Assembly (NCBI GenBank): GCA_040081625.1
Contig: JBEBGD010000068.1
Span: 1-29,323, forward strand
DNA: 29,323 nt
Origin: Chthoniobacteraceae bacterium
GTDB lineage: Bacteria; Verrucomicrobiota; Verrucomicrobiia; Chthoniobacterales; Chthoniobacteraceae
Direction: 5' to 3'
Shown here: piece by piece, positions 17,177-26,181 of the stretch
Numbering within the stretch: position 1 is the stretch's first letter
Layout: each line of letters begins with the position of its first letter
The notes under the pieces: model-generated
What the model was told of the DNA's origin: nothing
The model's input: the letters and a program-made list of their open reading frames with translations, nothing else
Databases searched by the model: none
Made by a program: the position numbers and the translations under genes

Positions 17177-17612
17177 GGGAGAGAGGTGGAGAGCGGCGCA
17201 GAAAAGCGGGTCGTGCCCGGCGAGGCGAACCTTTTCGGTTCATCCGGGAAGTTGTGGCATCGGGGTTCGATGGCGGCATCCGCAACGCGCCCGGAGCCAC
17301 GCGGACGCTGGAGAAAAGCATCATCGCAGGGGATACACATCGAGGTGATCGATGGTCGCGCCGTCGGGCGCGGCGACTTCCAGCAGCGCCTCGTGCTCGT
17401 GCTTCAGAAAGTCGCGCTCGATCTCCGCGACGCTCGCATCGATCCACTCGCTGCACGTCCGCCCGTTCGCCTTCGAGCCACCGAGCAGTGTGTCGCGGTA
17501 GCGCGAAGGACTCTGATTCTTCGATTGAGGCGAGGGAGCTTGGTGACGAAAGACGTTCGCGCGCTGCGGCGCGACATCTTTTCGGCACGCGCTTCTCGAT
17601 GATGAATTGTGC

Positions 17613-17637
17613 GGGCAATCGCTGATGCCGATTGCCC
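17613..17637. other. Perfect 9-bp inverted repeat
   Basis: GGGCAATCG-ctgatgc-CGATTGCCC, about 35 nt upstream of the delta-60 gene start. Confidence 0.6.
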
Positions 17638-17671
17638 AGGCGCTTCGGTGTGCTACTCGCCCGCGCTCCGA

Positions 17672-20600
17672 ATGAATCCACTCCGCATCCTGATCCTCTC
17701 CATCGTCTTTGCCGCACTCGCGCCGCGGTCGCTCGCTCAGGCGCCGGGAGCGGTGGACGCGACCTACCATCCGACCGTGAGCGGCGGCAACCTGTTTGCA
17801 TCCGCAGTGCAGGGGATGGCAGGGTGATCTTCACGGCCTCGCCCGGAGGCGGGGCGGGGAGCACGCTCACGCGGGTCAATCCCGATGGGAGCATCGACGC
17901 GGGCTTCTCGGCGAGCACGGCTGGCTTTGTTTCGTGCATCGCGGTGCTCCCGGATGGGAAGGTGCTGATCGGGGGCAATTTCACGAGCGTGAATGGCACG
18001 GCGCGAAACGGCGGCATCGCGCGGCTCAATGCGGATGGGACGCTGGACCCCGGTTTCAATGCAGGCTCCGGCGCGGATAACAGCATCACGAGTCTGCTCG
18101 TGCAGGCGGATGGGAAGATCGTGGTCGCGGGTTACTTCACGACGTTCAACAACACGGCGGCGGGGCACTTCGCGCGGCTCGAGGCGAATGGGACGCTCGA
18201 TGGCAGCTTCAACATCGGCGGAGCGGGCACGGACATCGTCGTCTTCAGCCTCGCGCAGCAGGCGGATGGGAAGCTGCTGCTCGGCGGGTGGTTCTCGACC
18301 GTGAACGGCGCGGCGGCCAATCGCATCGCGCGGCTCGAGACGAACGGCACGCTCGACACCGGCTTCAGCGCGGGCGTGGATGGCGGTGCGGGAGCGATCG
18401 TCCACTGCGTGGCAGTGCAACCGGATGGGAAGGTGGTGATCGGCGGCAACTTCGCGAGCGTGAGTGCCGCAGGCGGATGGGAAGCTTCTTTTCATCGGCC
18501 AATACAACGCGGGGAGTGATCCGCAGAACGTGACCGTGGGGCGGTTCAATGCGGATGGGACGTTCGACGCCGGCTTCGCAGGCGGCATCACCAGCGAGAG
18601 CTCGATCGTGAACAGCGTCGCGGTGCAGGCGGATGGAAAGGTCGTGATCGGCGGTGAATTCACGACCGTGAACGGCGTGGCGCGCGCCACGGTCGCGCGG
18701 CTGCACAACGATGCTGCGACGCAGAATCTCTGCGCGCCAGACGCGACGCGGGTGGTGTGGGAGCGCGGTGGCGCGGCGCAGGATTTGTCGTCGGTAACGT
18801 TCGAGCTGAGCACCGATGGCGGCGGAAACTGGAGCCTGATCGGCGCGGGCACGCGCGTGGGCACGACGGGCGACTGGCAGCTCGCCGGGCTCACGCTGCC
18901 GGCGGGCGGCAGGCTGCGCGCCCGCGGTCGCGCGGCGGGAGGTTACGGCAACGGCAGCTCCGGGCTCGCGGAGACGATCGCGGACTTCCCTGCCGCGCCC
19001 GCGGTGATCACGCGCGCGGCCAGCGCGCTGAGCACGACGGGCGCGACGCTCGGCGGCACGGTGAGCAGCAACGGCCTCGCGTCGGACGCGACATTCCAAT
19101 ACTCGACCGATCCCGGGCTCACCGCTGGCGCGACGACGACGACGGCGACGCAGATGCTTCCTTCCGACGCCGTCGGCAACGCCGTGAATCAAGCCATCAC
19201 GGGGCTTGCGCCGCACACCGCTTACTATTTCCGCGCTCGCGCGGTGAACTCGCCCGGGACCACGCTTGGCGCGATCGTCTCCTTCACGACCGCGAATACC
19301 GCGCCCTCCGCACCGGACGGCCCCGCGACCGTGACGACGGGCGACCAGAAAACGATCACGCTGCCTTTCGCGAGCACCGATGCGGATGGAGACACGGTGA
19401 CCTTGAGCAGCACGACGCCCGGCGCGCATCTCACGGTGAACAGCACCAGTGGGAAGGATGTCACCTTCACCGCCGCGGCGAACTTCGCGGGCTCGGCGTC
19501 GCTCGGCTACTCGGTGAGCGACGGCTTCGGCGGCACGGCGAACGGGACGATCACCGTGACGATCTCGGACAACGACGCGCCGACAATCAGCGCGCCCACC
19601 GATGGCCTCACCGCCTATGCCGGGACGCTGCCGGATTACACCGGCACCTCGCCCGCGAGCGACAACGTCGGCGTGACGAGTGTGACGCAATCGCCCGCGC
19701 CCGGCACGACGACGATCGTGGGCGAGGTGGACGTGACCGTGACCGCAAAAGATGCGGCCGCGAATGAATCGAGCGCGACCTTCACCGTGGCGACCCGCCC
19801 GCTCGATGCGGTGCCGATGCCGCTCCTCGCCGCCGGCGGCACGCCGCCCGGAGCGGGGACGCCCGACGGTCCGCCCGCGGACGCGGAGGTGACGACCTTC
19901 GGCGTGCCCGCGATCGATGCGGCGGGAAACGTCGCCTATCTCGTGCAGTGGGGCAGCGACACGGATGGAAAGGGCAAAGGCCTTTTCACGGACCTCTGTC
20001 TCGCGAAGGTCGGGGACGATGTGCCGGGGATTGCGGGCGCGACATTCAAGAGCTTCTCGGACCCGGTCATCGATGGAGGCCGCGTGGCGTGCCTCGCGAC
20101 GTTTGCGGGCGTGCCGAAGTCGAGCGCCGCCGCGGTGCTGAGCTTCGCGCCGGATGGCACACTCACCGTCGTCGCGCGTGCGGGCGATCCGGCGACGGCG
20201 GACGGCGCGACGTTCAAGAGCTTCACCGCGGTGGCGGTCGCGGATGGATACACGGCGGTCTTCGCCAAGCCCGCGAAAGGTTCTGGTGCGCCAAAGGTGA
20301 CTGCCGCGAGCGAAGTGGGCCTGTGGGTGAAGGATGGAAGCGGCCCGCTCGAACTGGTGCTGCGCGAGGGGCAGATCATCGGGGGCGCCACGATCAAGAC
20401 GCTCGTGAGTTTCAAGCCGGGCGACGGCTCGCCGGGCCAGGGCCGCGGCTGGCTGCGCTCGACGGCGATCGGCGGGCAGGTGCTCGCGCTGGCGATCTTT
20501 TCCGACAAGTCGCAAGGCATCGTCTTCGTGGACGCTGACGACGCCGCGAACCCCCAGCTCCTCTCGCTGAGCAAGCAGACCGCTGACGGCAGCCCGGACA

Positions 20601-21301
20601 TCGCCGGGGCGACCTTCGCCAGCTACAGCCTGCCGGCGCTCGCGCGCAACGATGCGAGCGCCTTCCTCGCCTCGCTCACCGTGGGCGCAGGTGGCGCGAC
20701 GAAAGCCAATGCGCGCGGCATCTTCCACAAACCCGCGCTGACCGGGAACTATGCGGCAATCGCGCGCGTCGGCGACCCCGCAGGCGCGACCGGCGCGACC
20801 TTCAGCGTGATGAAGGATCCCGTGCTCGCCGCGGATGGCGGGCTGGCATTCGCCGCGACGGTGAAGGGCGGAGGCTTGAAGGGGACAGCGACCGCGACGC
20901 TCTGGTGGCAGTCCGCCGGTGGCTCGCTCGCACTGCTCGCGCAAGGCGGCGCGGAACCGCCGGACGTAGCCGGGGGCGAATGGAAAGCCTTCACTTCTCC
21001 CGCCATCGCCGGCGGGCGCGGCCCCATCTTTTCAGCCACGCTGGTGCCCGGCAAAGGCGGCGTGATCAAGTCGAGCGCCAGCGGCGTGTGGGCGTGCAAT
21101 TTCGCGGGCTCGCCGCGACTGCTTTTCCGCACGGGAGACACCGACATTATCGCGGGCAAGACGCTCAAGTCGTTCACGCTGCTCAACGCGACCGTCGGCA
21201 GCACAGGCGTGACTCGCAGCTTTAACGACGCGGCGCAGGTGGCGTGGCTTGCGACGTTCACCGACAAGTCGCAGGCGATCATCACGACCGTCGTGCCGTA
21301 G
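17672..21301 (+). pseudogene. Disrupted large secreted surface protein: delta-60 (DUF5122-like) repeats, Ig/FN3/cadherin/HYR-like domains and a C-terminal repeat domain
   Basis: Signal MNPLRILILSIVFAALAPRSLA at 17672. Reading continues in ORF 17632-18519 after a 1-nt loss near 17812-17815, then in ORF 18464-21301 after a break near 18463. Seven (V/A)xQxDGK-type repeat starts. Confidence 0.85.
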
Positions 21302-21305
21302 CGCG

Positions 21306-22562
21306 TCAGCCCGCAGCGGCGGGCTCGCGCGGACGAATGAGCAGGACGATGAAAACCGAAATCAGCGCGACGCCGGCGAAAGTGCTAAAGATGACGTTCA
21401 GTCCCACCCCGCGATCGCTCAGCACGCCAAAGAGCCAGTCCGCGCCGCCTCCGAAAGTCATGCTCACGAAATTCATCACGCCGTAGCCGGTGGCGCGCAG
21501 CTCGGGGCGCGTGATCTGGCAGAGGATGGGCATGTTGTTGCAGTCGAAGAATCCCCAGCCGATGCCGAAGAGGATGAGCGCGCCGATGGCGAGACCGAGC
21601 GAGTTGAGCGACGGCGCATTCCCCACCGCGAAGAGCGCGGGGATGATGAGGCCCATGCCGATCGCGCTCACGTAGATGCGCCCGCGCGGCGTGCGGCGCA
21701 TCCAGCGATCGGCCATCCAGCCGCCGAGGATCGCGGCGAACAGCGCGGCGGCCTGCCAGTAGAGCGACGCGGACACGCCGGCCTTGCCCTGGCTGATGTT
21801 GAAGGATTTTTGCAGGATCGCAGGCATCCAATCACGCACCACCCACGCAGCGACCGCGGGCAGCGTGAAGTAGGTGACGAGGAGGAGGAAGGACGGGTTC
21901 GTTAGCAGTTCGCGCGCGGCGGTGCCGACGGACGGCTTGCCGGGGGAGCCTGCGACAGCGACGGCGCGCGGCGCGTCCTTCAAAAAGAGAAAGAGCGGCA
22001 CCGCGTAGAGCACGCCGACGAGCCCGGTGTAGTCGAAGGCCGCGCGCCAGCCGAGCGCGGGCGAGTCAGCGACGTAGCCCGCGAAACCGCCGAGCATGAC
22101 GCCGCAGTAGATGCCCATCTGGTGCACGCCGACCGCGCGCGAGCGGGTGTCGCCGAGATGGAAGTCGGCGATGAGCGCGAGCGCGGCGGGGATGTAGCAC
22201 GCCTCGCTGATGCCCATGAGCGTGCGCGCCCAGAGCAGTTCGGTGTAGGTATCGACCGTGCCCGTCCACCACGTGATCGCGGACCAGACGAAGAGGCTCG
22301 CGCAGATGGTGTTCTTGCGGCTGAACCGATCCGCGAGGTAGCCGCCGATGGGGCTGAAGAAGGCATACACGAACTTGAACTTCCCGAGCATGAGCCCCCA
22401 GTTCGCCTCGCTGCCGATGCTCGGGATGTCGGCCATCACGGAGATCTTCATCGCGGCGATCATCTGCCGGTCGAGATAGTTCAGCAGCGCGACGGGAAAG
22501 AGCAGCGCGACGACGAGCCACGCGCCGGCGACCAGCGATGGGGACTTCGACTCGCCGTTCAC
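21306..22562 (-). CDS. MFS transporter, anion:cation symporter-like, resembling Bacteroidota sialic acid transporter NanT
   Basis: GTG start overlapping the upstream TGA; AWLVVALL..VALLNYLDRQM, SPIGGYLADRFSRK, LMGISEACYIPAALALIADFH, FFDCNNMPILCQI, RATGYGVMN; about 12 TM segments. Confidence 0.9.
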   Translation of the reverse strand: MNGESKSPSLVAGAWLVVALLFPVALLNYLDRQMIAAMKISVMADIPSIGSEANWGLMLGKFKFVYAFFSPIGGYLADRFSRKNTICASLFVWSAITWWTGTVDTYTELLWARTLMGISEACYIPAALALIADFHLGDTRSRAVGVHQMGIYCGVMLGGFAGYVADSPALGWRAAFDYTGLVGVLYAVPLFLFLKDAPRAVAVAGSPGKPSVGTAARELLTNPSFLLLVTYFTLPAVAAWVVRDWMPAILQKSFNISQGKAGVSASLYWQAAALFAAILGGWMADRWMRRTPRGRIYVSAIGMGLIIPALFAVGNAPSLNSLGLAIGALILFGIGWGFFDCNNMPILCQITRPELRATGYGVMNFVSMTFGGGADWLFGVLSDRGVGLNVIFSTFAGVALISVFIVLLIRPREPAAAG

Positions 22563-23998
22563 TTCGCGACGCGCTCGATGATCGGTCGCAGCTCGGCCAC
22601 CCACTTCGCGTAGCCCGCAGCGTTCGGGTGGAGCATGTCGGGGAACTCCGCCTTCGCGCACTGCCCGTCGTCCGCGGCGAAGAGCTTCCAAGTGTCGCAG
22701 AAGGTGACGGTCGGGTATTCGTCGAACTCCATCTCGAAGAGCGCGTTCAGCGTCGTGATCTTGTCCGGGAACTTCCCGGCCTTCGCGGCGCGCGGCATCA
22801 CCTTGTTGATCACGATGGGCAGCTTCGGGTTCGCGTGCAGCAGGTCGGCGACGATGATCTTGAGGTTCTTCGCGACCACATCCGGCTCGGTGCCCTGGTC
22901 GAGATCGTTCGTGCCGATGAGGATGGAAACGGCGCGCGGCTTCAGCGCGATCACGTCGCCCTGCACGCGCTCACGCAGCCCGCGCGTGGTGTCGCCGCTG
23001 ATGCCGCGGTTCGCGACCTTCATGCCGGGGAAGTCCTGCGCGAGCGAGTTCCAGCCCTGCGTGATCGAGTCGCCGAAGAACACGATCGCGCCCTGATCCG
23101 TCTCGCGATCCTTCGCCCACTGCTCGCGCTTGCCTTTCCAAAGTCCCCGAAACCACAGCCCGCTCTGCACCGTGCCCGCGCCGGGGAAGAGACTCGACGG
23201 CGGCTGTGCGAACGGCGACGCGATCTTGTCCCACGCGACGACCTGCCCGCGCCGCTGCGCAAACATCCACGCGAGCAGCTCAGGCTCGCCGTAGGCATTC
23301 GTCCACGAGTCGTGTTTCACGTAGGGATACTCGCTGTAGAGCGGCGCACCGCCGGCGGCTTGCAACGCGGCGATCAACTCGCGCGAACGCGCCACGGGCA
23401 CGGGGGTGTCTTCCATCCCGTGAAAGGCCCAGACCGCGACGCCTTTCGCGACCGCGATCTTCGTCGAGTCGCCGCCGCCGCACACCGGCAGCGCCGCCGC
23501 GATGCGCTGCGGGATGCGGCAGAGCAGATCCCACGAGCCGTAGCCGCCCATCGAGAGGCCGGTGATGTAGAGCCGGTCGGCGTCGATGGAGAACTCCTTC
23601 GCCAGCGCGTCGATCGCGCCGAGCGCGAGCTTCATCGCCGGCTTCGGCTCAGGCTGAAAGGACTCCGCGTCGGTCCAGCCTTTCACCGCCGACCAAGTCT
23701 GGTCCTTCGGACACTGCGGCGCGAAGACGAACGCCGGATATTTCTCGCGCACCTCCGGCTTCGCGAAGAGCGGCGCGCCGTGCCTGAGCTGCGCGACATT
23801 GTCGTCGCCGCGCTCGCCCGCGCCGTGGAGGAAGACGACGAGCGGATACTGCTTCGCCTTGTCGTAGTTCGCCGGCACGAGCAGCCGATACGGCAGCTTC
23901 GCGCCATCGGGCGCGGTGAAGACGCGGGTCTCGTAGTCGGCGGCACGAAGGCACGCGAATGACGCAAGGAGGGCGAGGAGGGTCGCGGGGAATTTCAT
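22559..23998 (-). CDS. Secreted two-domain esterase: alpha/beta-hydrolase fused to a GDSL/SGNH hydrolase
   Basis: Signal MKFPATLLALLASFACLRA; YPLVVFLHGAGERG, TGLSMGGYG (GxSxG), FHG..D..VP, HDSW; then GDSITQGW, NRGISGDTT, IGTND, DMLHPN. Confidence 0.9.
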   Translation of the reverse strand: MKFPATLLALLASFACLRAADYETRVFTAPDGAKLPYRLLVPANYDKAKQYPLVVFLHGAGERGDDNVAQLRHGAPLFAKPEVREKYPAFVFAPQCPKDQTWSAVKGWTDAESFQPEPKPAMKLALGAIDALAKEFSIDADRLYITGLSMGGYGSWDLLCRIPQRIAAALPVCGGGDSTKIAVAKGVAVWAFHGMEDTPVPVARSRELIAALQAAGGAPLYSEYPYVKHDSWTNAYGEPELLAWMFAQRRGQVVAWDKIASPFAQPPSSLFPGAGTVQSGLWFRGLWKGKREQWAKDRETDQGAIVFFGDSITQGWNSLAQDFPGMKVANRGISGDTTRGLRERVQGDVIALKPRAVSILIGTNDLDQGTEPDVVAKNLKIIVADLLHANPKLPIVINKVMPRAAKAGKFPDKITTLNALFEMEFDEYPTVTFCDTWKLFAADDGQCAKAEFPDMLHPNAAGYAKWVAELRPIIERVAK

Positions 23999-24076
23999 GC
24001 GGGCGCGCACCGTAGCGGGCCGCCGCGCGATGGGAAGCCGCCTGTCGCGGTATTCTGCTCGGACTGCGCGGAGGGT

Positions 24077-24104
24077 TTGAACGCAGCGCGTGAGCGGCTA
24101 CGCT
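24077..24104 (+). promoter_or_regulatory. Putative sigma70 promoter giving a leaderless transcript for the Fur-family gene
   Basis: TTGAAC (24077-24082), 16 nt, TACGCT (24099-24104), 8 nt, ATG (24113); no Shine-Dalgarno. Confidence 0.5.
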
Positions 24105-24112
24105 GCGCGGCG

Positions 24113-24559
24113 ATGCCCCACGATCATCACCACGACGCGAAAGCGAATCTCGACGCCGCGCTGCAAACGCTGCGCGATCATCACGCGCGCGTCACCGACG
24201 CGCGGCGCGCGATTCTCGATCTGCTCACGCACGAGCACGGGCCGTTCACGGCGGAGGAAATCCACGGGCGCATCCCGGGCGGCACGGATGTGGTGACGGT
24301 GTATCGCTCGCTGGCGACGATGGAGGAGATGAATCTCGTGCGACGGTGTGATTTCGGCGACGGCGCGTATCGATACGAATTCAACACGGGCGATCATCAC
24401 CACCACCACATCATCTGCCGCGTGTGCCGGAGCGTGACGACGATCGACGTGTGCGTGGCCGACAGCCTGGAGCGGATGGCGCGCGATCTCGGCTACGCGA
24501 ACGTGACGCACACGCTGGAAATCTTCGGTGTATGCAAGGACTGTCAGCGGGTCGCTTAG
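24113..24559 (+). CDS. Fur family metalloregulator (Zur-like)
   Basis: RVTDARRAIL, FTAEEIH, TVYRSL, RYE, HHHHHIICRVC, HTLEIFGVCKDC (two CxxC), N-terminal HDHHHD. Confidence 0.93.
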   Translation: MPHDHHHDAKANLDAALQTLRDHHARVTDARRAILDLLTHEHGPFTAEEIHGRIPGGTDVVTVYRSLATMEEMNLVRRCDFGDGAYRYEFNTGDHHHHHIICRVCRSVTTIDVCVADSLERMARDLGYANVTHTLEIFGVCKDCQRVA

Positions 24560-24568
24560 GCCCACTAA

Positions 24569-24583
24569 TGCAACCAGTTTGCA
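24569..24583. promoter_or_regulatory. Putative Fur-family operator box 1
   Basis: Palindrome TGCAA-CCAGT-TTGCA, just upstream of the -35 element. Confidence 0.75.
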
Positions 24584-24591
24584 ATCTTTTC

Positions 24592-24620
24592 TTGACCTCG
24601 TCGTGCGTGTGCGTTCTTAT
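24592..24620 (+). promoter_or_regulatory. Putative sigma70 promoter of the prepilin/anchor-M operon
   Basis: TTGACC (24592-24597), 17 nt, TCTTAT (24615-24620). Confidence 0.6.
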
Positions 24621-24635
24621 TGCAACCTACTTGCA
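24621..24635. promoter_or_regulatory. Putative Fur-family operator box 2
   Basis: Palindrome TGCAA-CCTAC-TTGCA, between the -10 element and the start codon; its last A is the A of ATG 24635. Confidence 0.75.
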
Positions 24636-25357
24636 TGTCAAAACGCCGCGCCTTCACCCTCATCGAGCTGCTCGTCGTCATCGCGATCTTCGCCATCCTC
24701 GCGGCGCTCGCGACGTCGGCGATCACCGGCACGCTGGCGAAAGGGCGTGAGACCAAGTGCGCGTCCAACCTCCGCCAGATCGGCGCGGGGCTGATCCTGT
24801 TCGCGGCCGATCACGACGGTGATTTGCCCGAGACGACGCACAGCAACGGCGCGCAATTCCGCCGTGCGTGGATCTTCACGCTGAAGCCGTATCTGGCCGA
24901 CTGCGACGAGGTCCGTATCAGCCCGGCGGACCCGCTCGGCGCGCAGCGGCTCGCGGAAAACGGGACGAGCTACGTGCTCAATAGCTGGGTCTTCGTGCCG
25001 CAATACGGGCCATTCGGCGAGGTCGAGGCGCGTTTCGACAACCTGCGCCGGCTGCCGCTGCCCACGCACACGATGCTGGCCTTCAACGTGTCCGACCAGC
25101 AGCCGGCTTCGGTGCTGAACGACCACACGCATTGCGACCTGTGGCCGGGGAACTGGTCGCGCGTTTGCGCGGAGATCCAGCCGGACCGGCATCGCACAGG
25201 TGCGTCTGGAAAAGGTCACCTCAACGGCGCGTCGAACATCCTCTACGCCGACGGGCACGTCGCGGCGATGGAAGCGAGCGATCTTCACAAACTCGTGATG
25301 AGCCAAGTGCCGGTCGGCAAGCCGCCGATGGAGACCGAGGACATCCTTCAACCGTGA
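24635..25357 (+). CDS. Prepilin-type N-terminal cleavage/methylation protein with C-terminal H-X9-DG-type motif
   Basis: KRRA|FTLIELLVVIAIFAILAAL, C.SNLRQIG, SYVLN, DHTH, HLNGASNILYADGHV. Confidence 0.92.
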   Translation: MSKRRAFTLIELLVVIAIFAILAALATSAITGTLAKGRETKCASNLRQIGAGLILFAADHDGDLPETTHSNGAQFRRAWIFTLKPYLADCDEVRISPADPLGAQRLAENGTSYVLNSWVFVPQYGPFGEVEARFDNLRRLPLPTHTMLAFNVSDQQPASVLNDHTHCDLWPGNWSRVCAEIQPDRHRTGASGKGHLNGASNILYADGHVAAMEASDLHKLVMSQVPVGKPPMETEDILQP

Positions 25358-26181
25358 AGCGGCTGGCGCTGCTCTTCGCCGCCGCGCGGGCGCTCGGCTA
25401 CACCGTTGTCGTGCCGGATGCGCAGGCGCTGACGCACAGCGATGTCGCGATCACCTTTGCGAGTGGGAAGCTGGAGGGCCGTGTGCGGGCGGATGCGTTT
25501 GGGACGACGCCGCTCCCGCCGGGCGACACGCTGCTTTACGACGGCCCAGCCGGCACGACGACGATCAACCGGCCAGCGGACTCGTTTTGGGATTTCATCG
25601 GTGTCGGCGCCGGCGAATCGCTCTACTATTGGCCGCAAAGCCAGCTCGCGCAGCGGCTCTACCTCGGCTTCGCCTCGGACGGTGGGCTGGTGCCGGCGGG
25701 CACGTTCGCGAGTTATTTTGAAGGCGACCCGCGCGTCGGCGGCACGGCGCGGTGGATCAAAATCGCGCTGACCGATGTGCAGTTCACACCGGCGGCGGGC
25801 GAGATGCGGCCCGGCCATTTCAGCCTGTGGCAGACGGGCGGTTCGAGCGGCACGACCGTCTGGATGTCGAGCTTGGCGGGCGGCGTGGATGCGAGCGATG
25901 CGACGTGGCTGATCGAAGGCGGACACGGGCATTTCAACTGGGGCTTTGCTGCGCGCGGCTACTACCGGCTCACGTTTCAATTTTCCGGCACGCTCGCCGC
26001 GAACGGGCTGTCGGTGAGCAGTGCGCCGATCACCTACCACTTCGGCGTCGAACACCAGCCGCTCGCGCTCGTGCCCGAGCCCGCCGCGCCTGTGCTGCTC
26101 GCGCTCGGCGCGCTCTTCTGCGGCCTGCGCCGTCCCACTTCGACATCACGCACTGAAACCAAACCCACACACCACACATGA
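25354..26181 (+). CDS. PEP-CTERM surface protein with a choice-of-anchor-M (TIGR03769-like) domain
   Basis: GTG start overlapping the upstream TGA; WDFIGV.AG, WPQ, LYLGF, GHFSLW, GGHGHFNWGF...GYYRLTF, TYHFGV, then VPEP-hydrophobic-RR. Confidence 0.85.
   Translation: MKRLALLFAAARALGYTVVVPDAQALTHSDVAITFASGKLEGRVRADAFGTTPLPPGDTLLYDGPAGTTTINRPADSFWDFIGVGAGESLYYWPQSQLAQRLYLGFASDGGLVPAGTFASYFEGDPRVGGTARWIKIALTDVQFTPAAGEMRPGHFSLWQTGGSSGTTVWMSSLAGGVDASDATWLIEGGHGHFNWGFAARGYYRLTFQFSGTLAANGLSVSSAPITYHFGVEHQPLALVPEPAAPVLLALGALFCGLRRPTSTSRTETKPTHHT

Noticed and set aside
17810..17820. Programmed ribosomal frameshift or phase variation in the delta-60 gene
   Set aside because: The G4 run is short, there is no slippery heptamer, and a second deletion-type break downstream would still truncate the protein.
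17177..21305. Mobile element carrying the delta-60 gene
   Set aside because: No transposase or integrase, and I could not identify terminal repeats or a target-site duplication.
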